Below are positions 19,501-28,515 of a stretch of 64,000 bases of DNA, one piece after another. Position 1 is the first letter of the stretch. Each line of letters opens with the position of its first letter. The stretch comes from a virus (lineage: Duplodnaviria; Caudoviricetes): the IMG/VR virus record IMGVR_UViG_3300005582_000006, positions 12,247-76,246 of that record. One strand, given 5' to 3'. A program made the position numbers and the translations under genes. The notes under the pieces are model-generated. The model did no database searches. It had not been told where the DNA came from and saw nothing but the letters and a program-made list of their open reading frames with translations.

Positions 19501-20665
19501 TCCAACAGCATACACATATAATCCGTACAGATATACAGATCCAATAGATGATGATTTAAAATTTCCTGCGGGTAGACCTCCAGCAATACATAGTTTTCAA
19601 GGCGATGGTGGCGATGTTTATGATAATTATCATGCTGCCGATATGCTTGAATCAGCAGGGAATGTGCTTAATGGAAACAAACAAGCATTATATGCATATT
19701 CAAGATTTGGACCAAAAAATGTAATTAAATGCCAACCAGTAGGTCTTCGTGGACCAATTATGGTTGTTGGATATGGCAATTCATATATGGATTTTGATTT
19801 ATTAACTGATAGTAATGGAAATTTAATAACAACAAAAAATAGATACAATGAAAATGTTTATGTTCCAATACCAAATGTAGTGCCAAGTAAAATTGCTTAT
19901 GCAACAGGAGAAGGTTTGGCTGGCCCAGTCGATTTAATGTGGGATAAATATAGAGGTGTTTGGACTTCTCATGATATAGTAACTGGTTTTGCTGCATCAA
20001 ACATGCGACCATTTGATGATGGTTACATATATATAAACATGTCTGGAGTTAAAACAAATAGAACATTATTTATTAAAAACTTTTCAACAAAAAAGATATA
20101 TGCTGGTCAATCTGTAGTGGCTTGTTATTCAGTTAATGATGCAAGATGGATAGTTAGAGGGGAACAAATAAAAATAAAATTTGATGGTCAAGCATCAGAT
20201 TGCCCTTCTCCAAATACTCCAACACAACAATATTCTGATTTTATAGTACCACTTATGCAAGATGAGTGTGAACCAACAGAAGGAATGTTTTATGTTAACA
20301 CAAATGGGGCTACTGGTACATATGCAGGACTTTCATTTAGAAATGGTTTACTTAAAGGAGCAAGTCCAACACCACCATCACCACCATCACCGCCATGCAC
20401 AGAATCCGTAGAAGTTGTTTCTGGTGTAACTTGTGGTTCAGATGGATCTATAACTGTTAGTAAAACCACTATTAGTTTGCCATGTGGTAGTACAACAGCA
20501 ACAACAACAACACCAAGTCCTTACTACTTAAATGAAATTTCTGATCCAATAGCTTTTACTAAATGCTATGGATGTAGTCAAACTATGGGTCGTGTTTATT
20601 CAACCCATGTTAACCAAGCGAATTGTCTTTTTGCATTATCACTTATTCAAAACCCTAACTGTTAA
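16577..20665 (+). CDS. Putative baseplate hub / tail-tip protein
   Basis: 1362 aa in the tail module. N-terminus resembles hub proteins (FNGFLDRV...YEVKLND; LMDLISKICDDLG). Pro/Thr/Cys-rich C-terminal tail. AGGTG RBS. Confidence 0.55.
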   Translation: MSFERLKFLDLTIVDFNSSIGWNDTESSVNIKLAPEDGESIAPYELGKNYEFSLTEDSVFKFNGFLDRVIEKHDTGGTFYEVKLNDGKELIKNVEVITSSLYGTSDTKEDSPIINMFNVFRWWESKGFGKSQANEGGMPYSKLEEGINELSKKYGIISAGVPYSIKLNFATSVPKFYRIEGPYINLMDLISKICDDLGLLFKITLTGTEFTVQTTSLGVDPANQKVQNVIKDLAKDRNVISWDAGIESSNNIESNFMLWGGLKEHSIVFNNDVDLTQMNVIVGTPVNYPQYFYSNAVGPNSRIKQFWGYDINGTAYWSSAQYDVVKCACPYYNYRFNSLRPSVASHSTVKANAWGIPLVGMESIFPGATYYEMTMDELLLITGGNQDNWSLYLEIWDDAFNNDNIYTRVFLRAPRRNISMVANFMAGGGSTEFTLNREFSEKDNDIGVIRGAQLFTYLKSVIDSYYGKQFLVEVNYKGDLNYNTVDVGQNKPKSKSDGLVIKQVLENYTSSDNLDLNITQNQPKKIYNILPTDSGWIDPAILEAKTNPSLPREMLNAMALNQDGKMQNWLVFNLPNSWATQFTYDSSSSDTISYSDSGSQYLWVKASVNEQYITIPVATTGIIKTTIHSEVVGLGTVGTWVSNQYIGVDKKDSEHVLVSIGQSVAAFNQLIHNQFGVDALITCYFGLQYRNQVLGQSENFKTGLPALYPFQAIINFKSTRNDFYGPWYFGNTNGGKTKIEQNNDLVPWQFNASGTLEEAAKNRLKDINPVPYFETGSLNKIGLPEHNLGDEIVKNGPIVTSINASYGPSGVTTQYSFRTFTPKFGMASRYNTERLKKSAIKAYSDRKNILFVYMESIKKSQSLQRSFAGAKIQNFILNYLGRRYDRNTPHQNLIMAQTIDIMADKGETIRRKTIGGSHSNIESGGAIAIQSGLYNKGAVSYDGLFSPFNNFGSRSQLNTNTSIPFSAFINAPEGLPTAYTYNPYRYTDPIDDDLKFPAGRPPAIHSFQGDGGDVYDNYHAADMLESAGNVLNGNKQALYAYSRFGPKNVIKCQPVGLRGPIMVVGYGNSYMDFDLLTDSNGNLITTKNRYNENVYVPIPNVVPSKIAYATGEGLAGPVDLMWDKYRGVWTSHDIVTGFAASNMRPFDDGYIYINMSGVKTNRTLFIKNFSTKKIYAGQSVVACYSVNDARWIVRGEQIKIKFDGQASDCPSPNTPTQQYSDFIVPLMQDECEPTEGMFYVNTNGATGTYAGLSFRNGLLKGASPTPPSPPSPPCTESVEVVSGVTCGSDGSITVSKTTISLPCGSTTATTTTPSPYYLNEISDPIAFTKCYGCSQTMGRVYSTHVNQANCLFALSLIQNPNC

Positions 20666-20685
20666 TGATTATTTTAGGATAAAAA

Positions 20686-22566
20686 ATGGATAGTAAAAAA
20701 GAAGTTTATTTTGATTCAAATGTTATTAATCCATACACATTTCATACTCCATGCACAACATCATATAGTCCTAGTATTGGAAATATTTTTGGTTGTTGTT
20801 CTAATAATTTTACTTTAAATGGTCGATTATATGAGTTTGAAAGTTGCAATATTGGAAATCAAAACAGCACATACATAACAGCACCAGATTGTATTGATGA
20901 TCTAGTTCAAGATAATTGTGGGGGCACTATTTTTGATGGTTGTTTTTCTATGAGGGGCATTGGCCCATTTTGTAATACTGGAGAGATAGTATATGGCACA
21001 GATTGTTGTAGATTAGTTAACGGAACAACTACAACTGCAAGTCCAACAACTACAACTGCAAGTCCAACAACTACAACTGGAAGCCCGACAACTACAACTG
21101 GAACCCCATGTGATTGCTGTAGTGACTACTGTTATTTAATTAAATATTGTGGAACGCCAACAAGTACGACCACTAGTGGTTGCTGCAATCAATATGTTTG
21201 TTCTGGTGGCATTAGAATGTTTTTATCTCAGAGTAGTAGCAACGATAGTATTATTTGTGTACAACCTCAGATACAAATGGGATGCATTTCTGATTGTGGC
21301 CACACAAATGTAAGTGGCATAACAGATCCAGCTTATGTTGCTATTATTCTTGCTATGTGTGAAGGAGCAATAATCTATGAGTATCAAGATGCTCCATGCT
21401 TAACATCTCCAAGTCCTACGCCCACTCCTAGCTCTACCACCACATGTCCAGAATGCTATAAGTGCAGTAAAAATGCTGCACAGGGAGAAGAAATAGTAGA
21501 GACATTTAGGGGTATAGGTCCATGTGAATCATGTTCTGGTGTTTTAGAATCTTATAATGAAAATTGTTCAACTACAACTTCTACGAGTACCAGTACATCG
21601 ACATCGACATCTACAAGTATGCCACCAAGTTGTCCTCCTGGATATGTATCTTGTGGACAAGCTGGAGGTCTTTTTAGAGTAAGTTCAGACTGTGAATGGT
21701 CATTCGTTAACAGTGATGGTTGTCCAACAGATTGCACAGCATTTTTAGGTATCCCCGAACAAGTTGATGACTGTGAAGGTTTTCCACCAGGAACAGATAG
21801 AGCAGGAATATGCTGCCAAGCTATTACACCTACAACTACTACTTCTTGTCCATGTCATTTAGGTCTACCTAGAGCAGCAAATAATCTAGTATGCAGAGAT
21901 GGAATACTACAATATCTTAGTTACGCTTGTTCTTATCCTTGTGTACCATCACCTAGAGATGGCTGGTCTGGTCCTGGCGGTGCATGTACAGACCCATTAT
22001 ATACTGAATTTACAGTTCATGATTGTAATTGTCCACCTACGAGTACCACTACATCGACTTCGACATCTACCTCTACGAGTACCAGTACATCAACAAGCAC
22101 TTCGACTTCGACAAGTACCTCTACTTCTACTAGTATGTCGCCAAGTTGTCCTTCGGGATATGTGTCTTGCGGACAAGCTGGAGGTCTTTTTAGAGTAAGT
22201 TCAGACTGTGAATGGTCGCTTATTAACAGCGATGGCTGTTTAGAAGGTTGTACAGCATTTTTAGGTATTCCCGAACAAATAGATGACTGTGTGTATGGAA
22301 CAGAGAGAGCAGGAATATGCTGTCAAATTGGTACATCGACCTCTACCTCTACGAGTACATCAGAAACCCCAACCAGCACAACCCCAAATTGTTCGTCACA
22401 AGAATGCGGTTACTACAAAGATGTTTATAGTGTTGGTGCTCAAGGCGAGATTGTTTATAAATATTTACAAGATTTATTCTGTAATTCGACTTCATGTATT
22501 TGTCCAGATGCACCAGATAATCCTGGCGAATCTGCACCTATTCACATAACATTTACTTGTGTATAA
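20686..22566 (+). CDS. Cys-rich, Ser/Thr-repeat (mucin-like) protein, probable virion appendage
   Basis: 626 aa; about 9% Cys by hand count; (ST)n and TTTTASP linkers between small Cys modules. Confidence 0.7.
   Translation: MDSKKEVYFDSNVINPYTFHTPCTTSYSPSIGNIFGCCSNNFTLNGRLYEFESCNIGNQNSTYITAPDCIDDLVQDNCGGTIFDGCFSMRGIGPFCNTGEIVYGTDCCRLVNGTTTTASPTTTTASPTTTTGSPTTTTGTPCDCCSDYCYLIKYCGTPTSTTTSGCCNQYVCSGGIRMFLSQSSSNDSIICVQPQIQMGCISDCGHTNVSGITDPAYVAIILAMCEGAIIYEYQDAPCLTSPSPTPTPSSTTTCPECYKCSKNAAQGEEIVETFRGIGPCESCSGVLESYNENCSTTTSTSTSTSTSTSTSMPPSCPPGYVSCGQAGGLFRVSSDCEWSFVNSDGCPTDCTAFLGIPEQVDDCEGFPPGTDRAGICCQAITPTTTTSCPCHLGLPRAANNLVCRDGILQYLSYACSYPCVPSPRDGWSGPGGACTDPLYTEFTVHDCNCPPTSTTTSTSTSTSTSTSTSTSTSTSTSTSTSTSMSPSCPSGYVSCGQAGGLFRVSSDCEWSLINSDGCLEGCTAFLGIPEQIDDCVYGTERAGICCQIGTSTSTSTSTSETPTSTTPNCSSQECGYYKDVYSVGAQGEIVYKYLQDLFCNSTSCICPDAPDNPGESAPIHITFTCV
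21025..21108 (+). repeat. 21-bp coding tandem repeat x4 (TTTT[AG][ST]P)
   Basis: acaactacaactgcaagtcca units. Confidence 0.85.
21613..22326 (+). repeat. Direct repeat of a ~200-bp Cys module (21613-21819 and 22129-22326)
   Basis: Identical 47-nt core at 21655-21701 and 22171-22217; both copies encode SCPxGYVSCGQAGGLFRVSSDCEWS...TAFLGIPEQxDDC...RAGICCQ. Confidence 0.9.
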
Positions 22567-22606
22567 TGTTTAGCGGTGTATATAACTATATATTAGGAGA
22601 AAAATC

Positions 22607-23221
22607 ATGGCTATATTTGCTTTTTATTCAGCAGGAAACGACATAGGTTCAAGTGGCGTGGGCTTTTTTGGAAGCTCTGGATTTGGTTCTTCCGTTTCCG
22701 TAGGAAACTATCAAGATTCTAGCTATATAACTAACAGTAATGGCACAATTGCTGGTGCTGCAATAAACAACATTAAATATTCTCATCCAAATTCTGGAAT
22801 AGTTAATAGTATTGGATCTCCAAGCGGTCTAAATCTTCGAGCAATAACCAATGCTCAAGCTAGTTTAAATGTGCGTTTTACCCATACTAGCCCAGTGTCT
22901 ACACAAAATGTAAAACTAAGAATCTATGATAGATCAAACATTAATAATGCAGCTAGTGGTGTTACTACTAAAGTTGCAGAAATTATTCATCCTAGCTTAA
23001 CTAATGTTTTAGATGGTTCTGGATCTGCTTCTTGGCAAACGCCAGCAGGATCTGGAACAATTGTATCATTAGCTAATTCGCCTGGAATATCAGGCTTAAG
23101 TCCAAGCGGAAGCGGAACAGTAGCAGATAGGCATGATTGGTTTCTTGCTTTATCTGCATCTCCAGACTCAATTGGTTCAAAGACCCAATATGCTATGTGG
23201 GTCGAACTTGAATATCTCTAA
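22607..23221 (+). CDS. Putative structural protein (Ser/Gly-rich, beta)
   Basis: 204 aa with AGGAG RBS; last gene of the + strand structural block. Confidence 0.6.
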   Translation: MAIFAFYSAGNDIGSSGVGFFGSSGFGSSVSVGNYQDSSYITNSNGTIAGAAINNIKYSHPNSGIVNSIGSPSGLNLRAITNAQASLNVRFTHTSPVSTQNVKLRIYDRSNINNAASGVTTKVAEIIHPSLTNVLDGSGSASWQTPAGSGTIVSLANSPGISGLSPSGSGTVADRHDWFLALSASPDSIGSKTQYAMWVELEYL

Positions 23222-23351
23222 GCTTAAGTTCTTCTTTAATTAATTTAGAAATCTCCTTTGACCATTCGGTATCATATCCGTCTAGCCAAAGGAGTTCTTT
23301 TTTAAGCTCTTCAGTTTTTAAAGAACTAACATCAATACCAACATCACTCAT
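23193..23351 (-). CDS. Small hypothetical protein (52 aa)
   Basis: MSDVGIDVSSLKTEELKKELLWLDG...; ATG overlaps the end of the upstream gene. Confidence 0.5.
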   Translation of the reverse strand: MSDVGIDVSSLKTEELKKELLWLDGYDTEWSKEISKLIKEELKLRDIQVRPT

Positions 23352-23712
23352 CTTTGTTTTCGCCTCGATATTTGCTCCAACCATTATGTGGACCATAAGA
23401 ACCAGCTTCACGATCAGGCTTGCCATTAGCATCAAGCTTGCGTACTGGGAAAATCCCACCGCCATCTTGTCGCTGCCCATAAGACAACCTTGCCCTACAT
23501 TTTGAGTTAGTGCAACCCATTTCAAAATATTCGTAGACTTTCTTGTTCTTTTCTACGGATCGTGTTTTTGGCATAATTGCGGTATTGCCACACAATCCAC
23601 ACTTTTCTTCATTAAAGATTTCGGAGATGCCTCCTACTTCTCTAAACACATCTTTAACAGAGTCACAATCAATTTCAATTGTGCAGAACTTTGTTGGGAT
23701 AATAGCTTTCAT
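23344..23712 (-). CDS. Zinc-ribbon hypothetical protein
   Basis: CxxC (CGLC) and CxxxxC (CTNSKC); GGAGG RBS. Confidence 0.65.
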   Translation of the reverse strand: MKAIIPTKFCTIEIDCDSVKDVFREVGGISEIFNEEKCGLCGNTAIMPKTRSVEKNKKVYEYFEMGCTNSKCRARLSYGQRQDGGGIFPVRKLDANGKPDREAGSYGPHNGWSKYRGENKDE

Positions 23713-23714
23713 AA

Positions 23715-24380
23715 TTACTTCCTCCAGTTAGAGTTATAGCCCTTGAACTTAACATTAATAGACGCTTGATTTCTTTGCATTTCAGACAAATGTGATATTA
23801 CAGCAACTGCTGACTTGTATGGAATTTCTTCAAGCTTTCCATTAAAGTTAAAATCCTTTGCTGCACCCAAATAAGCTGCTACATTGATATCATTTCTTTG
23901 GCAGAGAGTTTCTATGAAATTCATCTGCGTAGGAGTTATCTTACCATTAACCCCAGTTTCTTCAAGAGGAACTAGCCCCGCTTCTTCAGCAGCGATTACT
24001 TTGCGTAATTTGAGCAGTTTCCTTAATGCTCGACCTTCAGCCCTAGTTTCAGCTATTGCAGAAGAATATACGGCAAATCGGTGGTCACAATTGCCAGGAT
24101 AGCAATCAGCTACACTTTGTTGCGATACCACCTCTTCTCCAATACGAACTGTAACTTCATATTCAACAACACATCTATTGTCATTCTGAGGCGTTGGTGA
24201 TTGTACAACTTTGGCATTTCCATCAATAATTGGCCCAAGAAGTAGTTCGGTAACTCTCCTTAAACCATCTACTGTTGGATTTCCATCAGCTAGTTCATCT
24301 GGACCAAAATGAGATAGGACATACTCATTCCAATCTCTACTAGTCCTAAGAGGAATTTCATTCTCTTCTTCATCTAACAT
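23715..24380 (-). CDS. Putative single-strand annealing protein (Rad52/ERF/RecT-like fold)
   Basis: PTVDGLRRV...VVEYEVTV...AIAETRAEGRALRKLL core plus a C-terminal ITPTQMNFIETL helix motif typical of phage SSAPs. Confidence 0.55.
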   Translation of the reverse strand: MLDEEENEIPLRTSRDWNEYVLSHFGPDELADGNPTVDGLRRVTELLLGPIIDGNAKVVQSPTPQNDNRCVVEYEVTVRIGEEVVSQQSVADCYPGNCDHRFAVYSSAIAETRAEGRALRKLLKLRKVIAAEEAGLVPLEETGVNGKITPTQMNFIETLCQRNDINVAAYLGAAKDFNFNGKLEEIPYKSAVAVISHLSEMQRNQASINVKFKGYNSNWRK

Positions 24381-24383
24381 TAA

Positions 24384-25148
24384 TTACTCCAGTTCAAAAA
24401 AACATTCCTTCGTACCATTCTTAACTAAGTCTATTGTATGCAAAAGTTTTTTCAAGATCGTTCTCATATAAAATCCAGAACTATTTCCATCTATGTTTTT
24501 TACACGAATCATTTTCATTCCAGCATTTATTATAAATCCAGTTTTTTTATTATCACTAGCCACTTGTTTTTTATGTATATCCTCACCCCAAATAGACCTA
24601 AAATGACTTGGTCCATCTATTTCTATTGCCAAATTAAGATCAGAAATAAATATATCTATATGTTGTTTTCTGTCAATAGCCCAAAACTCTTTATGAAAGT
24701 CTGCTTTAAAACCTTCTTTTTTCAGTCCAGTAATCAAGAACTTTTCTAGTTTAGATCCATATACTGCTGCTGCCCTAACTGATATTGCTGCTGCCTTTTG
24801 CATTTCTTCTACTTTTTGCACAGACTTAGCTTCCCACTGCTGTCTAGACATTTCAGCCCTTCTCTTCTTTTCATCCTCACCCATTTCTTGCCATACATTA
24901 GCAATAGAGTCACTTATCTTATTCTTTGTAGCTTCTGATGTTTTCTTGCCTTTTGTGGGGTGTTTACACCTACCAGTTTCTATAGCTTTTTCTTGTGCTT
25001 GAGATTTATCCCTGAGTGGTATGCCAAATTCTACTAAAGCCCTTCTAACCTTATTAGGATATGTACCAAATTCTTCTGCTATTTGATATGTAGATTTAAC
25101 TTGTTGTACATAATGCTCAATTAAGTATTCATGCGTTAACTGGTTCAT
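24384..25148 (-). CDS. Putative homing endonuclease (HTH + NUMOD3-like + Vsr/DUF559-type PD-(D/E)xK domain)
   Basis: KKTSEATKNKISDS NUMOD3-like motif; HIDIFISDLNLAIEIDGPSH...DNKK nuclease motif. Confidence 0.7.
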   Translation of the reverse strand: MNQLTHEYLIEHYVQQVKSTYQIAEEFGTYPNKVRRALVEFGIPLRDKSQAQEKAIETGRCKHPTKGKKTSEATKNKISDSIANVWQEMGEDEKKRRAEMSRQQWEAKSVQKVEEMQKAAAISVRAAAVYGSKLEKFLITGLKKEGFKADFHKEFWAIDRKQHIDIFISDLNLAIEIDGPSHFRSIWGEDIHKKQVASDNKKTGFIINAGMKMIRVKNIDGNSSGFYMRTILKKLLHTIDLVKNGTKECFFELE

Positions 25149-25602
25149 TCTTATCGCTCCTAAATATTTCGCTTAATTTAAAGTCTTCAACCACTAAACA
25201 TTTTTTATTCCACGCCTGTTCAATAGCTAATGCATGTCTATCGCTTCTAGCAACTAATTTAATTTTACTATTACTATATATTTGCTGAATGTCTTCATAA
25301 TCAAAAGATTGCAATCTCATCCACTCTAAATCCCAAACATAAAAATAAAAACTTTTTACAGATGGGTTTTTTAAGATAAGCTTGCATGAGTCTATATCTG
25401 TAGCAACAATGTTCTTACCTTTATAATTCCAAAAATCATACATCATAAAAATAGAAAATCCATTGTTTGCATTAATAGTGTAGTCATTTTGAGAAAATAC
25501 AACTAAATCATTATCGTGTGACTGTTTAGTCAAAAGATATGAAAGCTGACTAAACCTTATTTTATTTACAACAATTGCTATTTCCACTGAATAGTTCCTC
25601 AT
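25129..25602 (-). CDS. Hypothetical protein in the glycosylation cluster
   Basis: 157 aa; FYFYVWDLEW...LVARSDRHA resembles a GT-B N-terminal segment. Confidence 0.5.
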   Translation of the reverse strand: MRNYSVEIAIVVNKIRFSQLSYLLTKQSHDNDLVVFSQNDYTINANNGFSIFMMYDFWNYKGKNIVATDIDSCKLILKNPSVKSFYFYVWDLEWMRLQSFDYEDIQQIYSNSKIKLVARSDRHALAIEQAWNKKCLVVEDFKLSEIFRSDKNEPVNA

Positions 25603-26308
25603 GAATTATGCCAGTTAAATCTAAACTACTATTTATTTGAACATGGTCTTTCATTATTGACTTTATTGAATCTTGATTTTCTGGTTTTACAAATAGCAAC
25701 ATTAAAGAACCATCCATTTTGCCACCTATTGCACCATTTAACCTACAGTCAGAATAAAGTTTTTCTATGTATGCATTTTTAGATGCTGGATCAACATCTC
25801 TTTTTATTTTCCAGTAAGCGTTTATTAATTGGCCTAAAAATATCCAGTTTTTTTCTTGGTATGCATCATAAAAATCAGCAACCATCTTTTCAAGATTGTC
25901 CATTTTATGAAATGATTTTGCTATAGACTTATCGTATTCAAAAAAATCTTTGTTTATTTCGTAAAGCATAATGTGATCAAAAAATTCTTTTTCATAATTA
26001 AGCTTTATTGAAAACCAAAGATGATCTGAAATTGTTAAATAGTTCAACCCACCAAATACAGCAGATTGAATTTTAGCAAAGTCATCATTGGGGTAAAGAT
26101 CTTTTATAATTATGTTTTTTTCAAAATGATTATTCATGTATATATAATTTAATACTTTTAATGTTGAATCACATAGAGCTTGTGTTTCAATTATTGTACT
26201 AAAATTAATAGATGTCCAAAAATTACATGATGCAAAACTAATTACTTTATTAGTATGATCACCAATTATAGTTATTGGTTTTGGGATTCTAAATGCTAGC
26301 ATAACCAC
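25562..26308 (-). CDS. Degenerate GHMP-kinase (HddA-like sugar kinase) homolog
   Basis: C-terminal LGQLINAYWKIKRDV...IEKLYSDCRLNGAIGGKM matches GHMP_C; Gly-rich ATP loops absent. Confidence 0.6.
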   Translation of the reverse strand: MVMLAFRIPKPITIIGDHTNKVISFASCNFWTSINFSTIIETQALCDSTLKVLNYIYMNNHFEKNIIIKDLYPNDDFAKIQSAVFGGLNYLTISDHLWFSIKLNYEKEFFDHIMLYEINKDFFEYDKSIAKSFHKMDNLEKMVADFYDAYQEKNWIFLGQLINAYWKIKRDVDPASKNAYIEKLYSDCRLNGAIGGKMDGSLMLLFVKPENQDSIKSIMKDHVQINSSLDLTGIIHEELFSGNSNCCK

Positions 26309-27000
26309 TCCATAATATCGCTTTGATCTATTGTAGATTGATTAAACTCGACATCTATTTGTGGGCATGAATCATTTGTTTCTAAAAAGAAACAATTCAA
26401 ATTTAAAAATTTAACTTCTTTGTTGTCTTCAGTATCATAAAACGACTTAACTGTATAGTCAGCTATTTTGGCTGGATATTCAAAGTTATATATTGGAAAT
26501 TTAAAACACTCTTTCATTAAAAAATTTGAAAGATTAGAAGATGCATCCGTAAGTCCAACTTGAACATATGGTGGCATTGAATAGCAATTCATTGTATTTA
26601 CAAAGTCATCGTTTATTTGATCTGCAAATTCCTTAAAACAGTTATTCCCATAAATAATCTGAGGGCTTACAACCACCTTTCTTTTTGTGCAAAATTTATC
26701 GCAAACTTTATGGGCTAGACTTTTTGATTCTTGATATGTTTTTAAATTATATGTTTCCATCAAATGTTCTGGTTTTGTTTTAATAACAGTCCAAGAACAC
26801 CTTGCTGCGTAAGTTTTTAAAACATCAATTATACCATTAGATGTTTCGTTATCTTCTATAGCTATAATTACTTTTAAAGTAGAGTTAGTGAAGTCTCTAG
26901 TTATCCACCACAAACACTTTCTGAGATGATCTGAAGATTTGACAAAACCTAAATTTACACTCAATATTTCTCTAGAATTTTCTTTAGTTCCAATAGACAT
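26296..27000 (-). CDS. Hypothetical protein, possibly divergent GT-A fold
   Basis: HLRKCLWWI...LKVIIAIED resembles a GT2 N-terminus; cluster context. Confidence 0.4.
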   Translation of the reverse strand: MSIGTKENSREILSVNLGFVKSSDHLRKCLWWITRDFTNSTLKVIIAIEDNETSNGIIDVLKTYAARCSWTVIKTKPEHLMETYNLKTYQESKSLAHKVCDKFCTKRKVVVSPQIIYGNNCFKEFADQINDDFVNTMNCYSMPPYVQVGLTDASSNLSNFLMKECFKFPIYNFEYPAKIADYTVKSFYDTEDNKEVKFLNLNCFFLETNDSCPQIDVEFNQSTIDQSDIMEWLC

Positions 27001-27827
27001 TTATCTGACTCCTGTTCCATACCCAATAGATTAAAAAGTTTTGCTACTCTATTATGTGATGTATGATTATTCCTTACATCTTTATTTATTCTTTCTACTT
27101 CGTCATTTAAAGAATCTGGATTTTGAAGCAAGTCTATAATAGCTTTAAAAAACGATTCTTCATCTTCATAATTAAAATTATCTGCACTTATCAAATCTTT
27201 CGTCTTAGCCGATCTATACAGTATACATGGTTTTCCAGATGCGAACACCTTTAAAGGCCAAATTTCACCAGAAAATAAATCAGAAGAAACAGACAAAGAG
27301 CAAGACATTATAATATCTTTAACCAGATTTTCCTTTGCTCTTCCTAAATATTGTCTATATGGCCACTTCTTATCTCCCCACACCTTAACAATAAAACCAT
27401 TTTCAGATAAAGTGTTTAAAATAACATTGTCATTATCATCTATGTATTCACCAACATAATTAATGTCAGAAATTAAGTTTGGCTTTAATTTTCCTTTGAG
27501 CAAAGGATAGATATCTATAGATGGATCAAAATTATTAAAACAATAAACATTATCATGAAAGTTTTTGTTTTCTAAAAAAGAAGAGTTTTTATAAAAAATA
27601 ACAACTTTGCATTTTGGATAAAGATTTATTGCTTTTTTTGTAGCTCTATCAAACGCTGATTCACATGTAATAAATAGATCTGGTTTTTTTTCATAAAACG
27701 CATCTAGAATTGATTTTTCTTTTTGTTTAAAAAATAGAAATTCATGTCCACAAGATATAAATGCTTTGCCCCAACCTGAGAATTCTTCTATGTTTAATTG
27801 TTCTCCATGAACACAAAGAATATTCAT
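26961..27827 (-). CDS. Glycosyltransferase (CgeB / GT-B like)
   Basis: KPDLFI, VKVWGDKKW, LKVFASG, NNHTSHNRVAKL motifs typical of CgeB-like GTs. Confidence 0.65.
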   Translation of the reverse strand: MNILCVHGEQLNIEEFSGWGKAFISCGHEFLFFKQKEKSILDAFYEKKPDLFITCESAFDRATKKAINLYPKCKVVIFYKNSSFLENKNFHDNVYCFNNFDPSIDIYPLLKGKLKPNLISDINYVGEYIDDNDNVILNTLSENGFIVKVWGDKKWPYRQYLGRAKENLVKDIIMSCSLSVSSDLFSGEIWPLKVFASGKPCILYRSAKTKDLISADNFNYEDEESFFKAIIDLLQNPDSLNDEVERINKDVRNNHTSHNRVAKLFNLLGMEQESDKCLLELKKILEKY

Positions 27828-27828
27828 C

Positions 27829-28515
27829 TTAGCCTCTTTTCACTAGTTTCTTTGCTCTATCTATATCTTTGGAAGTATCTATCTCAACCATTTTCCAGTT
27901 GTTGTTCCTATGAGCTTTAAATATACCAGACTGATCTATTATTTCATTAAAAATTTCAAAGCAAAATTTCTTATGTGATCTTTCATTGTTTGTTATTTTT
28001 TTATAGAGAAGCAATTCATTTCCAGTGAGCATAGCTATATGCCCCCACTTTGGACTTACGCCATAGGAAAAATGAACCACATTGTTATCAACTACATTAA
28101 CTCCAACTTCCATAGATCTTTGATTTTTTTCATTATCTATAGCAACCCAAGAATTATTTTTTGGAGTTTCCTTAAATATTTCATCTGTAAAAACAAGATC
28201 GCCATAAATTATTAAAAGTTTTGAGTAGTTATTTCTACTTAAAGCTAAATTAACAGACATTGATGTATTCGTAGATTCATAGCTTTTGTTTTCTATATAT
28301 GAAATTAAAGATGGTATTTTTTCTAATACTTTATCTTTTTGAAATCCTACTATTACAGTTATTTCATACTTTGGAAAACATGATTGAATTATGCTTATTT
28401 GTCTACCTATAACTGTTTGATCTGACGATATGCCAATAGCCGATTTAGGACCATATGCCTTCATTCTTTTGCCAAGGCCAGCAGCTAATATAACAACGCC
28501 AAGTTTATGAGCCAT
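27829..28515 (-). CDS. NTP-transferase (LicC/sugar-phosphate nucleotidyltransferase-like)
   Basis: VILAAGLGKRMKAYGPK signature; IIYGDLVF; EIDTSKDI. Confidence 0.85.
   Translation of the reverse strand: MAHKLGVVILAAGLGKRMKAYGPKSAIGISSDQTVIGRQISIIQSCFPKYEITVIVGFQKDKVLEKIPSLISYIENKSYESTNTSMSVNLALSRNNYSKLLIIYGDLVFTDEIFKETPKNNSWVAIDNEKNQRSMEVGVNVVDNNVVHFSYGVSPKWGHIAMLTGNELLLYKKITNNERSHKKFCFEIFNEIIDQSGIFKAHRNNNWKMVEIDTSKDIDRAKKLVKRG

Noticed and set aside
21025-22135. Short tandem repeats as a CRISPR array
   Set aside because: They are in-frame Ser/Thr codon repeats without unique spacers. The Cas4-like nuclease at 40498 is a stand-alone phage type.
21613-22326. Repeat pair as a diversity-generating retroelement TR/VR
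   Set aside because: Mismatches are not confined to adenines and include an indel. Both copies are coding within one ORF, and there is no reverse transcriptase in the window.
200-22549. Many short antisense or out-of-frame ORFs in the track (e.g. 999-1520, 2433-2951; also 35544-35984, 44040-44672)
   Set aside because: They are shadows of long real genes, with no motifs or RBS.
23352-23525. Long 110-aa version of the ORF ending at 23193
   Set aside because: It overlaps the zinc-ribbon gene extensively; the ATG at 23351 fits better.
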